From positions 2,080,001-2,144,000 of the forward strand of contig OY970218.1 in assembly GCA_963713975.1 (NCBI GenBank): DNA of 64,000 nt, given 5' to 3'. Below the pieces are notes generated by a model that saw only the letters and a list, made by a program, of their open reading frames with translations, had not been told where the DNA came from and ran no database searches. Of the stretch, positions 36,141 through 46,038 are shown piece after piece. The number at the start of each line of letters is the position of its first letter. The first letter of the stretch is position 1. This DNA is from an uncultured Chloroflexia bacterium (GTDB lineage Bacteria > Chloroflexota > Limnocylindria > Limnocylindrales > CSP1-4). The translations under genes and the position numbers were made by a program.

Positions 36141-37808
36141 GTGAACCCAGTCACATCCGCGCGTCGGCGGCGTGCCGGGCTGCGCACTGCCGCGGCTCTC
36201 GCCGCGATGGCCGTCATGGTCGCAGCGTGCAGCTCGGACGCCAGCCCCAGTCCATCGACAGCCCCCGCCGCGACGAGCGCCGCGACCGCGGCCGCGACGG
36301 AAGCCCCCACCCCGAGCGGTCCGCAGGTCCTCAACGTCGCCGCGACCGCCAACGTCACCACCTGGGACCCGGTGAAGTCGTTCTCCACCGAGGCCTTCTA
36401 CATGGCGAACATGTACGAGCCGCTGCTCTGGATCAACCCGCCCGGATCGGCGGAGACGTACACGCCGGCACTTGCCACCTCGTGGGAGCCGAGCGCCGAC
36501 GCCATGACGTGGACGTTCCACCTCCGCGACGGCGTGAAGTTCCACGACGGTGAGCCGATGACCGCCGATGCGGTCGTGCAGTCCATCGAGGCCGCCAGGG
36601 AGCGCGGCGGCGCGTCCTTCATCTGGGCGCCGCTCGACACGATCACCGCGGTGGACCCGCTGACCGTCGAGATGAAGCTCAAGTGGGCGGCGCCCATGGA
36701 CCTCGTGGCGTCGTCGCTCTACGGCGCGTGGATCGTCAGCCCCAAGGCGCTCGCAGCGGCCGCGGCCGACGAGAACTACTTCGAGACCGGGATCGACGCC
36801 GGCACGGGGCCCTACACGATCGAGTCCTACACCCCGGACAAGGAGGTCCTGCTCACGAAGGCCGACGACTACTGGGGCGGCTGGGACGACCTCAGCCACT
36901 ACGACAAGGTGCTCGTTTCGATCACCCCGGAGTCGGTCGTCCAGCAGCAGATGCTTGACGGCGGCCAGGTGGACCTCGCGTTCAGCCTCCCCCTCGAGAA
37001 CATCCGGGCCCAGTACGAGAACAACCCGGACTACACGTTCATCGAGGAGCCGTCGTTCTTCAACTACGTGGGCTTCTTCAACACGGACCGCAAGGAGCTG
37101 AGCGATCCCAAGGTGCGCCAGGCGCTCTCGTACGCGATCCCGTACGAGGACATCATCGCGATCGGTGCGCAGGGCTTCGGAACCCAGTCCCGCGGGCCCG
37201 TGCCCGCCGGCGTCTTCCCCTGGTCCGACCAGGTCCCGCAGTACACCCAGGACCTCGAGAAGGCGAAGCAGCTGCTCGCCGAGGCGGGCTATGCGGACGG
37301 CTTCGCGCTCGAGCTGACCTACGCCTCGGAGAACCAGAACGAGGCGCGGTTCGCGCCGCTCATCAAGGAGGCCTACGCGGAGCTCGGCGTGGACGTCACG
37401 CTGACGCCGATGCAGTTCAACCAGCAGTGGGAACGCGGCAAGGGAGACCCGGCCAGCCGCCAGGACATGTTCCTCCTGCTCTACTGGCCGACCTACAGCG
37501 ACGCGGGATCCGACAACCTGTGGTCGATGTTCCGCTCCAGCGAGAACCCGTTCTTCAACCTCTCGTACTGGAAGAATGACGACTACGACAAGCTGATCGA
37601 CGATTCGGGCACGAAGACCGCGACCGACCGCGCCGGCGCCGAAGCCGGCTACGTCGAGGCGATGAAGCTCCTCGTCGACCAGGCGCCGGGCCTGTTCTTC
37701 TACGACACCAAGTTCGTGACCGCGGTGCCGAACCGGATCGCGGGCTTCAAGTACAACCTCAACTATCCGTTCGCGCAGTTCTTCTATCCGCTCCATCCGG
37801 CGAACTGA
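36141..37808 (+). CDS. Peptide/nickel-type ABC transporter substrate-binding lipoprotein (family 5)
   Basis: AGGAGG RBS, lipobox VAAC, WTFHLRDGVKFHDGEP, GTGPY, VRQALSYAI. Confidence 0.92.
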   Translation: MNPVTSARRRRAGLRTAAALAAMAVMVAACSSDASPSPSTAPAATSAATAAATEAPTPSGPQVLNVAATANVTTWDPVKSFSTEAFYMANMYEPLLWINPPGSAETYTPALATSWEPSADAMTWTFHLRDGVKFHDGEPMTADAVVQSIEAARERGGASFIWAPLDTITAVDPLTVEMKLKWAAPMDLVASSLYGAWIVSPKALAAAAADENYFETGIDAGTGPYTIESYTPDKEVLLTKADDYWGGWDDLSHYDKVLVSITPESVVQQQMLDGGQVDLAFSLPLENIRAQYENNPDYTFIEEPSFFNYVGFFNTDRKELSDPKVRQALSYAIPYEDIIAIGAQGFGTQSRGPVPAGVFPWSDQVPQYTQDLEKAKQLLAEAGYADGFALELTYASENQNEARFAPLIKEAYAELGVDVTLTPMQFNQQWERGKGDPASRQDMFLLLYWPTYSDAGSDNLWSMFRSSENPFFNLSYWKNDDYDKLIDDSGTKTATDRAGAEAGYVEAMKLLVDQAPGLFFYDTKFVTAVPNRIAGFKYNLNYPFAQFFYPLHPAN

Positions 37809-37891
37809 CCCTAGGTGATCGACGTTCTGCCGGGCACGGTCCATCCGGACCGCGCCCGGCACGTCCCCCCTCGCGCGGAGCACCCCCCGGC

Positions 37892-38908
37892 GTGAAGCGG
37901 TTCCTGGCCAGTCGGCTCGCGGGATCCATCGTGGTCATCGTGGGCGTCTCACTGATCACGTTCGTCCTCGCCCGGGTGATCCCCTCGAATGCGGCGGCGA
38001 TGTACATCGGTCCGAAGGCACGGCCCGCGGACATCGAGCGCGTGACGCAGCTCCTGGGCCTGGATCAGCCCCTGCCGATCCAGTACGTCACGTACATGCG
38101 CGACCTGCTCACCGGGGACTGGGGGACGTCGATCGGGACGAAGCGCCCGGTCATCGAGGAGATCGGCGGGCGCCTCCCGGCGACCCTCGAGCTGATCTTC
38201 GCGGCCATGCTCATCGCGATCCCGCTGGGGATCGTCCTCGGCGTGCTCTCGGCCCGCTGGCAGGGGAAACCGCCCGACGCCGTCGTCCGCATCGTGTCGA
38301 TCATCGGCGTCTCGCTTCCCGCGTTCTTCCTCGCGCTGATCCTGCAGATCGTGTTCTTCCGCACGCTGGAGCTGCTGCCTCTCACCGGGCGTGTGGCGTC
38401 GGACCTGCGCTTCACGAGCCCGATCGTGCCCGTCACCGGGTTCTATCTCGTGGACTCGATCATCGGGGGCAACTGGACGGCGCTTGCGGATTCCGTGTAC
38501 CACCTGATCCTGCCGGCGATCACGCTCGCGGCGTATCCACTAGGGCTCGTCGCCCGGATGACGCGCGCGTCGATGCTCGATGCGATGGATCAGGACTACG
38601 TTCGCACGGCCCGTGCCTACGGCCTCCATGGTGGGCTCATCACGTACAGGCTCACCCTCCGTAACGCCATCCTGCCGGTGCTCACCGTCATCGGGCTCAC
38701 GTTCGCGTACGCGCTCTCCGGCACGTTCTTCGTCGAGATCATCTTCAACTGGCCCGGTCTCGGGACGTTCGCAACGCGCTCGCTCCTGAACGTCGACTAC
38801 CCGGCGATCATGGGGATCGCCCTGTTCGGGGCGATCGCTTACGTCGTCATCAACTTCTTCGTCGACATCGGCCAGGCGTGGCTCGACCCGCGCGTGAGGC
38901 TCACCTGA
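37892..38908 (+). CDS. ABC transporter permease (OppB/DppB-like)
   Basis: GLDQPL..QY, GDWGTS, RLPATLEL, DYVRTARAYGL, E.IFNWPGLG. Confidence 0.93.
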   Translation: MKRFLASRLAGSIVVIVGVSLITFVLARVIPSNAAAMYIGPKARPADIERVTQLLGLDQPLPIQYVTYMRDLLTGDWGTSIGTKRPVIEEIGGRLPATLELIFAAMLIAIPLGIVLGVLSARWQGKPPDAVVRIVSIIGVSLPAFFLALILQIVFFRTLELLPLTGRVASDLRFTSPIVPVTGFYLVDSIIGGNWTALADSVYHLILPAITLAAYPLGLVARMTRASMLDAMDQDYVRTARAYGLHGGLITYRLTLRNAILPVLTVIGLTFAYALSGTFFVEIIFNWPGLGTFATRSLLNVDYPAIMGIALFGAIAYVVINFFVDIGQAWLDPRVRLT

Positions 38909-39801
38909 TGGCGATCGAGTACGTTCCCGCCGAGGCGCTTGCGCCTGCCGCCCCCGGCTTCCTGCGCCGGCTCCGCCGCGCGGTGCGCCGCGACCCGCTC
39001 GCCCTCCTGAGCCTCACGATCATGGGCGTCGTCCTTGTCTGGGCGGTCCTCGGCACGCTCGTCGCCCCGTATCCGTCCCAGGGCGAGGGTGCCAGCGATG
39101 TCGCCGCCCGCATGCTCCCGCCGAGCGCGGAGCACTGGTTCGGGACGGACCAGTTGGGCCGTGACGTGCTCAGCCGGGTGATCGTCGGCGCTCGGAGCGC
39201 GGTCGTCGTGTCGCTCGTCGTCGTGGGGCTGGCCGTCCTGATCGGCGTGCCGTTGGGCGCCATCGCCGGCTACCGGCGAGGACGGCTGGACGGGATCATC
39301 ATGCGGGCGACCGACCTGTTCCTCGCATTCCCGCCCCTGCTCCTGGCGATGGCGATCGTCGCGGCCCTGGGCCCGGGACTGGACCACGCCGCCCTCGCCC
39401 TGGCGATCTCGTGGTGGCCCTGGTACACCCGGATCGCCCGCGGGACGGCGGTCTCCATCCGCGAGCGGTCGTACATCGAGGCGGCGCGCTCGATCGGGAT
39501 CAGCGACCGGGCGATCATCGTGCGCCACATCCTCCCGAACTCGATGACCCCGATCCTGGTGCAGGCGACGGTCGACATCGGGACGGTGATCCTCGCCGCC
39601 GGCGCGCTCGCCTTCCTCGGGCTGGGTGCAACGCCACCCACGCCCGACTGGGGCCTCATGGTGTCCGAGGGCCGGACCTACATCCTCGACCAGTGGTGGA
39701 TCGCCACCTTCCCGGGACTCGCGATCTTCGTGACGGTGCTCGCGGTGAACCTGTTCGGGGACCTGCTGCGGGACCTCCTCGACCCGAGGCGGGGCCGATG
39801 A
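38908..39801 (+). CDS. ABC transporter permease (OppC/DppC-like)
   Basis: HWFGTDQLGRD, YIEAARSIG, RHILPN, FLGLG..PPTPDWG. Confidence 0.93.
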   Translation: MAIEYVPAEALAPAAPGFLRRLRRAVRRDPLALLSLTIMGVVLVWAVLGTLVAPYPSQGEGASDVAARMLPPSAEHWFGTDQLGRDVLSRVIVGARSAVVVSLVVVGLAVLIGVPLGAIAGYRRGRLDGIIMRATDLFLAFPPLLLAMAIVAALGPGLDHAALALAISWWPWYTRIARGTAVSIRERSYIEAARSIGISDRAIIVRHILPNSMTPILVQATVDIGTVILAAGALAFLGLGATPPTPDWGLMVSEGRTYILDQWWIATFPGLAIFVTVLAVNLFGDLLRDLLDPRRGR

Positions 39802-40772
39802 GCGCCCCCCTGCTCAGGATCCGCGACCTCTCGCTCGACTTCGTGTCCGAGGACTCGCGGTCAACCGCCCTCGGGGGGATCTCGATCGACGTGGCGCCGG
39901 GCGAGGTCGTGGGGCTCGTGGGCGAGACCGGATGTGGCAAGACGGTGACCGGCCTGTCCATCCTGGGGCTCCTCCCGCGCACCGCCCGCGTGACGAATGG
40001 GTCGGTGGAGTTCGAGGGCCGTGATCTGCTGGCGCTCGGCGAGCGGGAGATGCGCGCCATCCGGGGCGCGCGGATCTCGATGGTCTTCCAGAACCCCGCG
40101 GCGGCCTTCAATCCCGTCTTCTCGATCGGGTCCCAGATCGGCATGGTGCTCAAGGCTCACGAGGCGCTCTCCCGTGCTGATGCGGACGATCGAATCCGAT
40201 CCACGCTGACGGCTGTCGGCCTGCCCGAGCACGACCGGATCCTGCGCGCCTACCCGCACCAGCTGTCGGGTGGCCTCCTCCAGCGCGCGATGATCGCCAT
40301 GGCGCTCGTGTGCCGGCCGTCGCTGCTGATCGCCGACGAGCCGACGACCGCCCTCGACGTGACGATCGCCGGCCAGATCCTCCGGCTCCTCCGCCGCCTG
40401 CAGGAGGAGCAGGGGTTCAGCGTCCTGTTCATCACGCACGACCTGGGGGTGGTACGCACCGTGAGCGACCGCGTCGCCGTCCTGTACGCGGGGCGGGTCG
40501 TCGAGACCGCCCCAACGGCCGAGCTCTTCCGCGGGCCGTCACACCCGTACACCAGGGGGCTCATGGCAGCCGTGCCGCGCCGCTCGACGCGCGGATCGGC
40601 GCTGGCGTCGATCCCGGGCAGCGTGCCCGGGGATGCGGCGATCCTGCCCGGCTGCGCGTTTGCCGGTCGCTGTCCGATCGTCGCGGATCGCTGTCGTTCA
40701 GAGCGGCCCGACCTGCGTCCGGTCGGTGTCGACCACATGGCCGCATGCCTGTTCGCGGAGCCGGCGCGATGA
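39798..40772 (+). CDS. ABC transporter ATP-binding protein (OppD/DppD-like)
   Basis: [31 protein letters not shown]-terminal Cys motif. Confidence 0.93.
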   Translation: MSAPLLRIRDLSLDFVSEDSRSTALGGISIDVAPGEVVGLVGETGCGKTVTGLSILGLLPRTARVTNGSVEFEGRDLLALGEREMRAIRGARISMVFQNPAAAFNPVFSIGSQIGMVLKAHEALSRADADDRIRSTLTAVGLPEHDRILRAYPHQLSGGLLQRAMIAMALVCRPSLLIADEPTTALDVTIAGQILRLLRRLQEEQGFSVLFITHDLGVVRTVSDRVAVLYAGRVVETAPTAELFRGPSHPYTRGLMAAVPRRSTRGSALASIPGSVPGDAAILPGCAFAGRCPIVADRCRSERPDLRPVGVDHMAACLFAEPAR

Positions 40773-42973
40773 CGGCCGTCACGGCGCTCCCGGTGCAGGC
40801 CCCCGCGGGCGGCTCGACGATCCTGCGGGTGCGCGGACTGGTCAAGGAGTTCGAGTCGTCAGGCGGACGCAAGGTGCGCGCCGTCGCGGGTGTCGACCTC
40901 GATGTTCACGAGGGCGAGATCCATGCCCTGGTGGGCGAGTCGGGCTCCGGCAAGACGACGCTCGCCCGCTGTGTCGTGGGCCTGCTCAGCGCCACGGAGG
41001 GTGAGATCGCCTGCGACGGCATCGACGTCCGTAGAGCCCGCGGTGCAGAGCTGCGTGCGCTGCGGCCGCGGGTGCAGGTCGTCTTCCAGGACCCGATCGG
41101 GTCGCTCGACCCGCGCATGAGCGTGCGCGACCTGGTTGCCGAGCCCATCAGGGCACACCTCCGTCCCGCCCGGTCCGAGATCGAGCCCGGCGTGGTGGAG
41201 CTCCTCGAGCAGGTCGGCCTCGGACGACAGCACCTGGACCGGCGCCCTCACGAGCTGTCCGGCGGCCAGTGCCAGCGCGTCGCGATCGCCCGGGCCCTCT
41301 CCCTGCGGCCACGCCTGCTCGTCCTCGACGAGCCCACGTCGTCGCTCGACGTCTCCGTGCAGGCGCAGATCCTCAACCTGCTCCTCGACCTCCGGGCGAG
41401 CCACGGGCTGACCTACCTGCTCATCTCCCACGACCTGGGTGTTGTGCGGCACGTGAGCGACCGGATCGCGGTCATGTACCTGGGCCAGATCGTGGAGGAG
41501 GGAACGTCCGAGGAGATCTTCAACACGCCGCGCCACCCGTACACGCGGGCGCTGCTGGCAGCCGTGCCGGACATCGAGGAGGGCGCCACGGCCCCGGGCC
41601 TGATCCGTGGTGATCCGCCGAGCCCGGCCAGCCCGCCGCCCGGTTGCCGGTTCCACCCGCGCTGCTGGCTCCGTGAGCGACTCGGATCGCCCGCGGAGTG
41701 CGAGTCCGTCGAGCCACCGCGCGTCGGGCCGGACCTCGCCCACGAGGCAGCCTGTCACTTCTCCGACCGAGCGGCGATCGAGCCGATCGGCGGGCCCACC
41801 AGCATCGGCGGCGACGTGACACTCGCCAACTGGCATGACGCGCCATGGAACCGGTGGGGCTATCTCCACGCGGCCGAGATCGTCCCCGTCGACCTCATCG
41901 GGCGCGGGTCCGGGCCGGTCACACCCCTGGGTTCGGCCCCGCGCGAGCTCGAGGGGCTCGTCTTCCGGCACCGTGACCGCGACCACACCATCGCGCAGAT
42001 GCTGCGGGCGACCGACAGCGACGGCCTGCTCGTGCTCCACGACGGCGACGTCGCCTTCGAGTGGTACGCGCACGGCATGACAGCCGCGACACCGCACCTG
42101 CTCCAGTCGGTGTCCAAGTCGCTCACGGCGACGCTGGTGGGCGTGCTCGTGGACCGCGGCCGGCTGGATCCGCTCGCGCCCATCACGGAGTACGTCACGG
42201 AGCTCCGCGGGACGAGCTTCGAGGGCTGCACGTCCCAGCATCTGCTGGACATGCGGGCGGGGACGCGGTTCTCGGAGGCCTACGACGATCCCGACGCCGA
42301 CGTCCGGGTCTACGAGCAGGTCTGCGGCTGGCGGCCGCGCACGGACGAAGGGCTCCCGGCAGACCTCTACGCGTACATGCCGCGACTGGCCAACGTCCGG
42401 CCTCATGGCGGCCCCTTCGACTACCGCTCGATCCTTACGGACGTCCTCGGGTGGGTCGCCGAGCGCGCCGCCGGCACGACCTTCGCCCAGGCCTTCTCGC
42501 AGGACGTGTGGTCGCGCCTGGGCGCCGAGCACGATACGAGCGTGACGGTCGACGCGGGTGGCTGCGCGCTCGCCGATGGAGGGTTCTCGGTCACGCTGCG
42601 CGACCTCGGTCGGTTCGGGTGGATGCACATGCAGGACGGTGAGGTCCTCGGACGGCAGGTGATCCCGGCGGCCTGGATCGGTCGGCTGTTGCGCCCGGAC
42701 GCGGAGCTCTCCACGGCCTTCGGCGGTGCGCTCACCGTGGATGGCGTGACGGGCCCGACCACGATGTACCACGACCAGTGGTGGGTGCTGGACCCGGCCG
42801 CCGGCATCTACGTGGCGATCGGGATCCACGGCCAGATGCTCCTCGTCCATCGGCCCACGCGGACGGTCATCGTGAAGCTCGCCACGCAGCCGAAGGCCGT
42901 GGATCGAGCCGTGTTCGCCTACCAGATGGCGGGCTCGCTCGCGATCTGCCGCGACCTGGTCCGCCAGGCCTGA
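40769..42973 (+). CDS. OppF/DppF-like ABC ATPase fused to a beta-lactamase-family serine hydrolase (NylB-like)
   Basis: [25 protein letters not shown], then in frame HLLQSVSKS (SxxK), LLDM, DYRS, GIHGQ. Confidence 0.85.
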   Translation: MTAVTALPVQAPAGGSTILRVRGLVKEFESSGGRKVRAVAGVDLDVHEGEIHALVGESGSGKTTLARCVVGLLSATEGEIACDGIDVRRARGAELRALRPRVQVVFQDPIGSLDPRMSVRDLVAEPIRAHLRPARSEIEPGVVELLEQVGLGRQHLDRRPHELSGGQCQRVAIARALSLRPRLLVLDEPTSSLDVSVQAQILNLLLDLRASHGLTYLLISHDLGVVRHVSDRIAVMYLGQIVEEGTSEEIFNTPRHPYTRALLAAVPDIEEGATAPGLIRGDPPSPASPPPGCRFHPRCWLRERLGSPAECESVEPPRVGPDLAHEAACHFSDRAAIEPIGGPTSIGGDVTLANWHDAPWNRWGYLHAAEIVPVDLIGRGSGPVTPLGSAPRELEGLVFRHRDRDHTIAQMLRATDSDGLLVLHDGDVAFEWYAHGMTAATPHLLQSVSKSLTATLVGVLVDRGRLDPLAPITEYVTELRGTSFEGCTSQHLLDMRAGTRFSEAYDDPDADVRVYEQVCGWRPRTDEGLPADLYAYMPRLANVRPHGGPFDYRSILTDVLGWVAERAAGTTFAQAFSQDVWSRLGAEHDTSVTVDAGGCALADGGFSVTLRDLGRFGWMHMQDGEVLGRQVIPAAWIGRLLRPDAELSTAFGGALTVDGVTGPTTMYHDQWWVLDPAAGIYVAIGIHGQMLLVHRPTRTVIVKLATQPKAVDRAVFAYQMAGSLAICRDLVRQA

Positions 42974-43069
42974 TCGGCGGGGTGGGGGAGCCCGCCACTC
43001 CTGGGGGCGCCGCGAGGAGACCGCCGACCACGCGCGCAGCCACGCCGATCGACAGTCAGGAAGGGGGAG

Positions 43070-43145
43070 TGGAGCGGGAGACGGGGTTCGAACCCGCGAC
43101 ATTCAGCTTGGGAAGCTGACACTCTGCCAACTGAGTTACTCCCGC
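43070..43145 (-). tRNA. tRNA-Gly (anticodon CCC)
   Basis: GCGGGAGTAACTCAGTTGGCAGAGTGTCAGCTTCCCAAGCTGAATGTCGCGGGTTCGAACCCCGTCTCCCGCTCCA; 76-nt cloverleaf with encoded CCA. Confidence 0.97.
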
Positions 43146-43158
43146 TCGGGAGGCCCGT

Positions 43159-43187
43159 ATTCTAGCGACTGGCCAGCCCGGCGACAA
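43159..43187 (-). promoter_or_regulatory. Sigma70-type promoter of tRNA-Gly
   Basis: TTGTCG-N17-TAGAAT, 13 nt upstream of the tRNA 5' end. Confidence 0.65.
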
Positions 43188-43678
43188 TTGAGACCGAGTC
43201 GCCAGCGATAGAGCGGCGGTCATCCGGGCTCCGACCTGGATCGGCCGGCGGTGCCCGCGCCCATTCCGGGTAGTGCAGACGCACTCGCAGAGCCCCGGTT
43301 TCGTTATCGTTGCCATGAGCAGGCCCGATGTCGAACGGAAGCCTTCCGACCGGGTCCGACCATCCAATCGGCCCATGGGCAGTGGCCGGTTGGGTCATGT
43401 GCCGGCGTCGGATGAGCACCTAGGATCGGGCGAAGCCCGACCCGGGCGGGGGACCGCCGTTCAGCCGAAGGTACCGCTGAACCGTGAAACCTTTTCAGCG
43501 CCGAGCGACACAGAGGATCAGGCGGCACCGGGGCTCCGGGAGCGTCCCCGATGGAGACCGGGCCGTCGGCACGCCCTTGATGCGAGGCGCCCCCGATGTC
43601 GTGTAAGCGCAGTGGGCCGAGACCCAGCCCGCGCGTGAGCACGCCCACGAACCGGCTGAAGACCGGCGTCGTGGGCGC

Positions 43679-44074
43679 ATGATCGGCATCCGAGGGGCGT
43701 GGAGGCAGTCGCAGCCCGACGACGAGGGGCGCGGCGACCTGCCCCGCGGCGACCCGCCCCGTGGCGACCCGCCCCGTGGCGAGGAGCCCGCCGGCACGCC
43801 CGTCGCCACCCTCCTCGCACGAGACGTCCTCAAGCGTCGTGCGATGGTCTCCGCCCGCGTGGTCGCCGACCAGGTCCGCTGCGTCGAGTGCGGGACCTGC
43901 ACGTACAACTGCCCGCTGGGCGTCGACGTCCGTGAGCAGGTCCGTCTTGGCCTGCCGATCTCGGACAGTCGTTGCCTGACCTGCGGCGAGTGCGTGGCCC
44001 GCTGCCCGCGCGGCGTCCTGCACTTCGAGGAGTCAACGGTGTTCACGACCGTCCTCCGGGGCGAGGGGGCCTGA
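43679..44074 (+). CDS. 2x[4Fe-4S] dicluster ferredoxin-like protein
   Basis: CVECGTCTYNCP and CLTCGECVARCP. Start uncertain. Confidence 0.85.
   Translation: MIGIRGAWRQSQPDDEGRGDLPRGDPPRGDPPRGEEPAGTPVATLLARDVLKRRAMVSARVVADQVRCVECGTCTYNCPLGVDVREQVRLGLPISDSRCLTCGECVARCPRGVLHFEESTVFTTVLRGEGA
43730..43782 (+). repeat. 15-bp tandem repeat x3.5 (RGDPP) in the ferredoxin N-terminus
   Basis: CG[C/T]GGCGACC[T/C]GCCC units. Confidence 0.8.
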
Positions 44075-44075
44075 C

Positions 44076-45392
44076 ATGCCCACCCGCTACGTCATCGTGG
44101 GCAACGGGGCGGCCGGCGCGACGGCGGCCGAGACGATCCGCACGCACGACCCCGCCGGTGACATCCAGATCATCGGTGCGGAATCCGTCCCGTTCTACTC
44201 CCGTCCCGGGCTGGCCTATCTCCTGACCGGCCAGATCCCGGAGGACCAGCTGTTCTCGCGGCCGGACAAGGACCTCCGCGCCGCCGGCATCGGGCGGACC
44301 GTGGCCACCGTGCAGCGCGTGGACCCGCGGGCGCACCGGCTCGAGCTAGGCGGCGGCAGGGTGCTGCGCTACGACCGCCTGTTGCTCGGCGTCGGGGCCG
44401 CGGCGGTGCGCCCCGACCTCCCGGGCATCGACCTCCCGGGCGTGGTGACCCTCGCGAGCCTCGAGGATGCGCGCCTGATCCTGAAGCTGGCGAAGCGGGC
44501 GAAGCGAGCCTGCGTGGTCGGCGGCGGGATCACGGCGATCGAGGTGGCGGAGGGGCTGGCCGCGAACGGCGTGACGGTGACCTACCTGATGCGAGGCGAC
44601 CGCTACTGGGCGAGCGTCCTGGACCCGCACGAATCCGCCCTGGTCGAGGGGCGCCTCGCGCATGACGGGATCCTGATCCGCCGCAACACCGGGCTGGGCC
44701 GCGTCATCGGGAACCGGGACCGGGTGGCGGCGATCGAGACGACCGAGGGCGGACGGATCGAGTGCGACCTGCTGGCGGTGGCGGTTGGCGTGCAGCCGAG
44801 GCTGGGGCTCGCGGCGGAGGCCGGGCTCGAGACGGGACGCGGGATCTTCACCGACGAGTCGCTTGCCACGAGCGAGCCCGACATCTACGCGGCGGGTGAC
44901 GCGGCGGAGGTGCTGGATCCCACCACGGGACGTCGCGCGATGGACAGCCTGTGGTCGGTTGCCCTCGCCCACGGCCGGATCGCCGGGGCGAACATGGCGG
45001 GAGGCTCAGACAGCTACGGCCGCCCGGCGCCGTTCAACGTGACGAGGATCGGCGGGGTGACCGCCACGCTCATCGGAGCCGTGGGCGCAGGGGGCCGCGA
45101 TGGGGACCTGGTCGCGCTCGCACGCGGCGACAGCCAGGCGTGGCGCGAGCAGCTCGGCGGATTCACGGTGGCGCAGGACCGCGGCGCGGACCGCCTCCGG
45201 CTCGTGGTGGGCGAGGACCGGATCCTCGGCGCCCTGGTGATGGGCGACCAGTCCCTGTCCCGCCCGCTTCTCCACCTGGTCCGCCGCCGGGTCGACATCC
45301 GCGCAGTCCGCGACCGGCTCCTGCTGGGGTCGGCGGAGATGCGTGCCGCCGTCGTGCAGTTGATGGAACGGACGGCGGTGCATGCGGCATAG
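44076..45392 (+). CDS. NAD(P)/FAD-dependent oxidoreductase (NirB N-terminal / rubredoxin reductase-like)
   Basis: IVGNGAAG, YSRPGL, YDRLLL, VVGGGITAIE, IYAAGD. Confidence 0.9.
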   Translation: MPTRYVIVGNGAAGATAAETIRTHDPAGDIQIIGAESVPFYSRPGLAYLLTGQIPEDQLFSRPDKDLRAAGIGRTVATVQRVDPRAHRLELGGGRVLRYDRLLLGVGAAAVRPDLPGIDLPGVVTLASLEDARLILKLAKRAKRACVVGGGITAIEVAEGLAANGVTVTYLMRGDRYWASVLDPHESALVEGRLAHDGILIRRNTGLGRVIGNRDRVAAIETTEGGRIECDLLAVAVGVQPRLGLAAEAGLETGRGIFTDESLATSEPDIYAAGDAAEVLDPTTGRRAMDSLWSVALAHGRIAGANMAGGSDSYGRPAPFNVTRIGGVTATLIGAVGAGGRDGDLVALARGDSQAWREQLGGFTVAQDRGADRLRLVVGEDRILGALVMGDQSLSRPLLHLVRRRVDIRAVRDRLLLGSAEMRAAVVQLMERTAVHAA

Positions 45393-46026
45393 CGAATTGC
45401 TGATCGCGGCCGCCCTGATCGTCGTGCTCACGACGGCGTACTGGGTGTTCGTGTCGGCGGCGGGCATACCCGCGGCAGGAGGCTTGGTCGGCCACCTGAT
45501 GGGCGTGGTCGGCTTCACGATGATGCTCCTGACCGAGACCCTGTACTCGCTGCGTAAGCGGGCGATGCGCCGGCCGCGGGGCAGCATGCGCTCGTGGCTC
45601 CAGGCCCATATCGTGATGGGGATCGTCGGCCCGTACCTCGTCCTGCTGCACGCGGCCTGGACGTTCAACGGCCTCGCCGGGGCGCTGACCCTGATGACCG
45701 CGCTGGTGGTCGCGTCGGGATTTATCGGCCGGTACATCTATACGGCCGTTCCCAGGACGGCGGACGGCGTGATCGTCGAGGCGCATGAGCTCGGTTCGCA
45801 GCTGGCGGCCCTGCGGGCACGTGGCGCAACGGCGGCCGCCGGCCACGACCAGCGGGCGATCGAGCACCGCATCCACCACCTGGAGCGGCAGATTGGCGCG
45901 CTCCGCTGGGAGCGGCGGGTGCTCGCCACCTGGCACTCGATCCACATCCCTCTGGGCATGGCGATGTTCGTGGTCGCGTTCGTGCACATCGGTGCGGCCC
46001 TGTACTACGCCACGTTGCTGCGCTGA
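45382..46026 (+). CDS. His-rich polytopic membrane protein (candidate cytochrome b-like)
   Basis: About 5 TM helices with His in GHLMG, WLQAH, VLLHA, WHSIHIP, FVHI; YSLRKR and GFIGRYIY motifs. Confidence 0.75.
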   Translation: MRHSELLIAAALIVVLTTAYWVFVSAAGIPAAGGLVGHLMGVVGFTMMLLTETLYSLRKRAMRRPRGSMRSWLQAHIVMGIVGPYLVLLHAAWTFNGLAGALTLMTALVVASGFIGRYIYTAVPRTADGVIVEAHELGSQLAALRARGATAAAGHDQRAIEHRIHHLERQIGALRWERRVLATWHSIHIPLGMAMFVVAFVHIGAALYYATLLR

Positions 46027-46038
46027 GGGAGGGGAGCG

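Noticed and set aside
43070-43145. tRNA-anchored integrative element
   Set aside because: No integrase, and I saw no duplicated tRNA 3' end (att site) in the window.
43440-43520. Glycine, Moco or c-di-GMP riboswitch call
   Set aside because: Only partial motif echoes; conserved cores such as GGAGA and CTCAGG are missing. Kept only as an unassigned structured leader.
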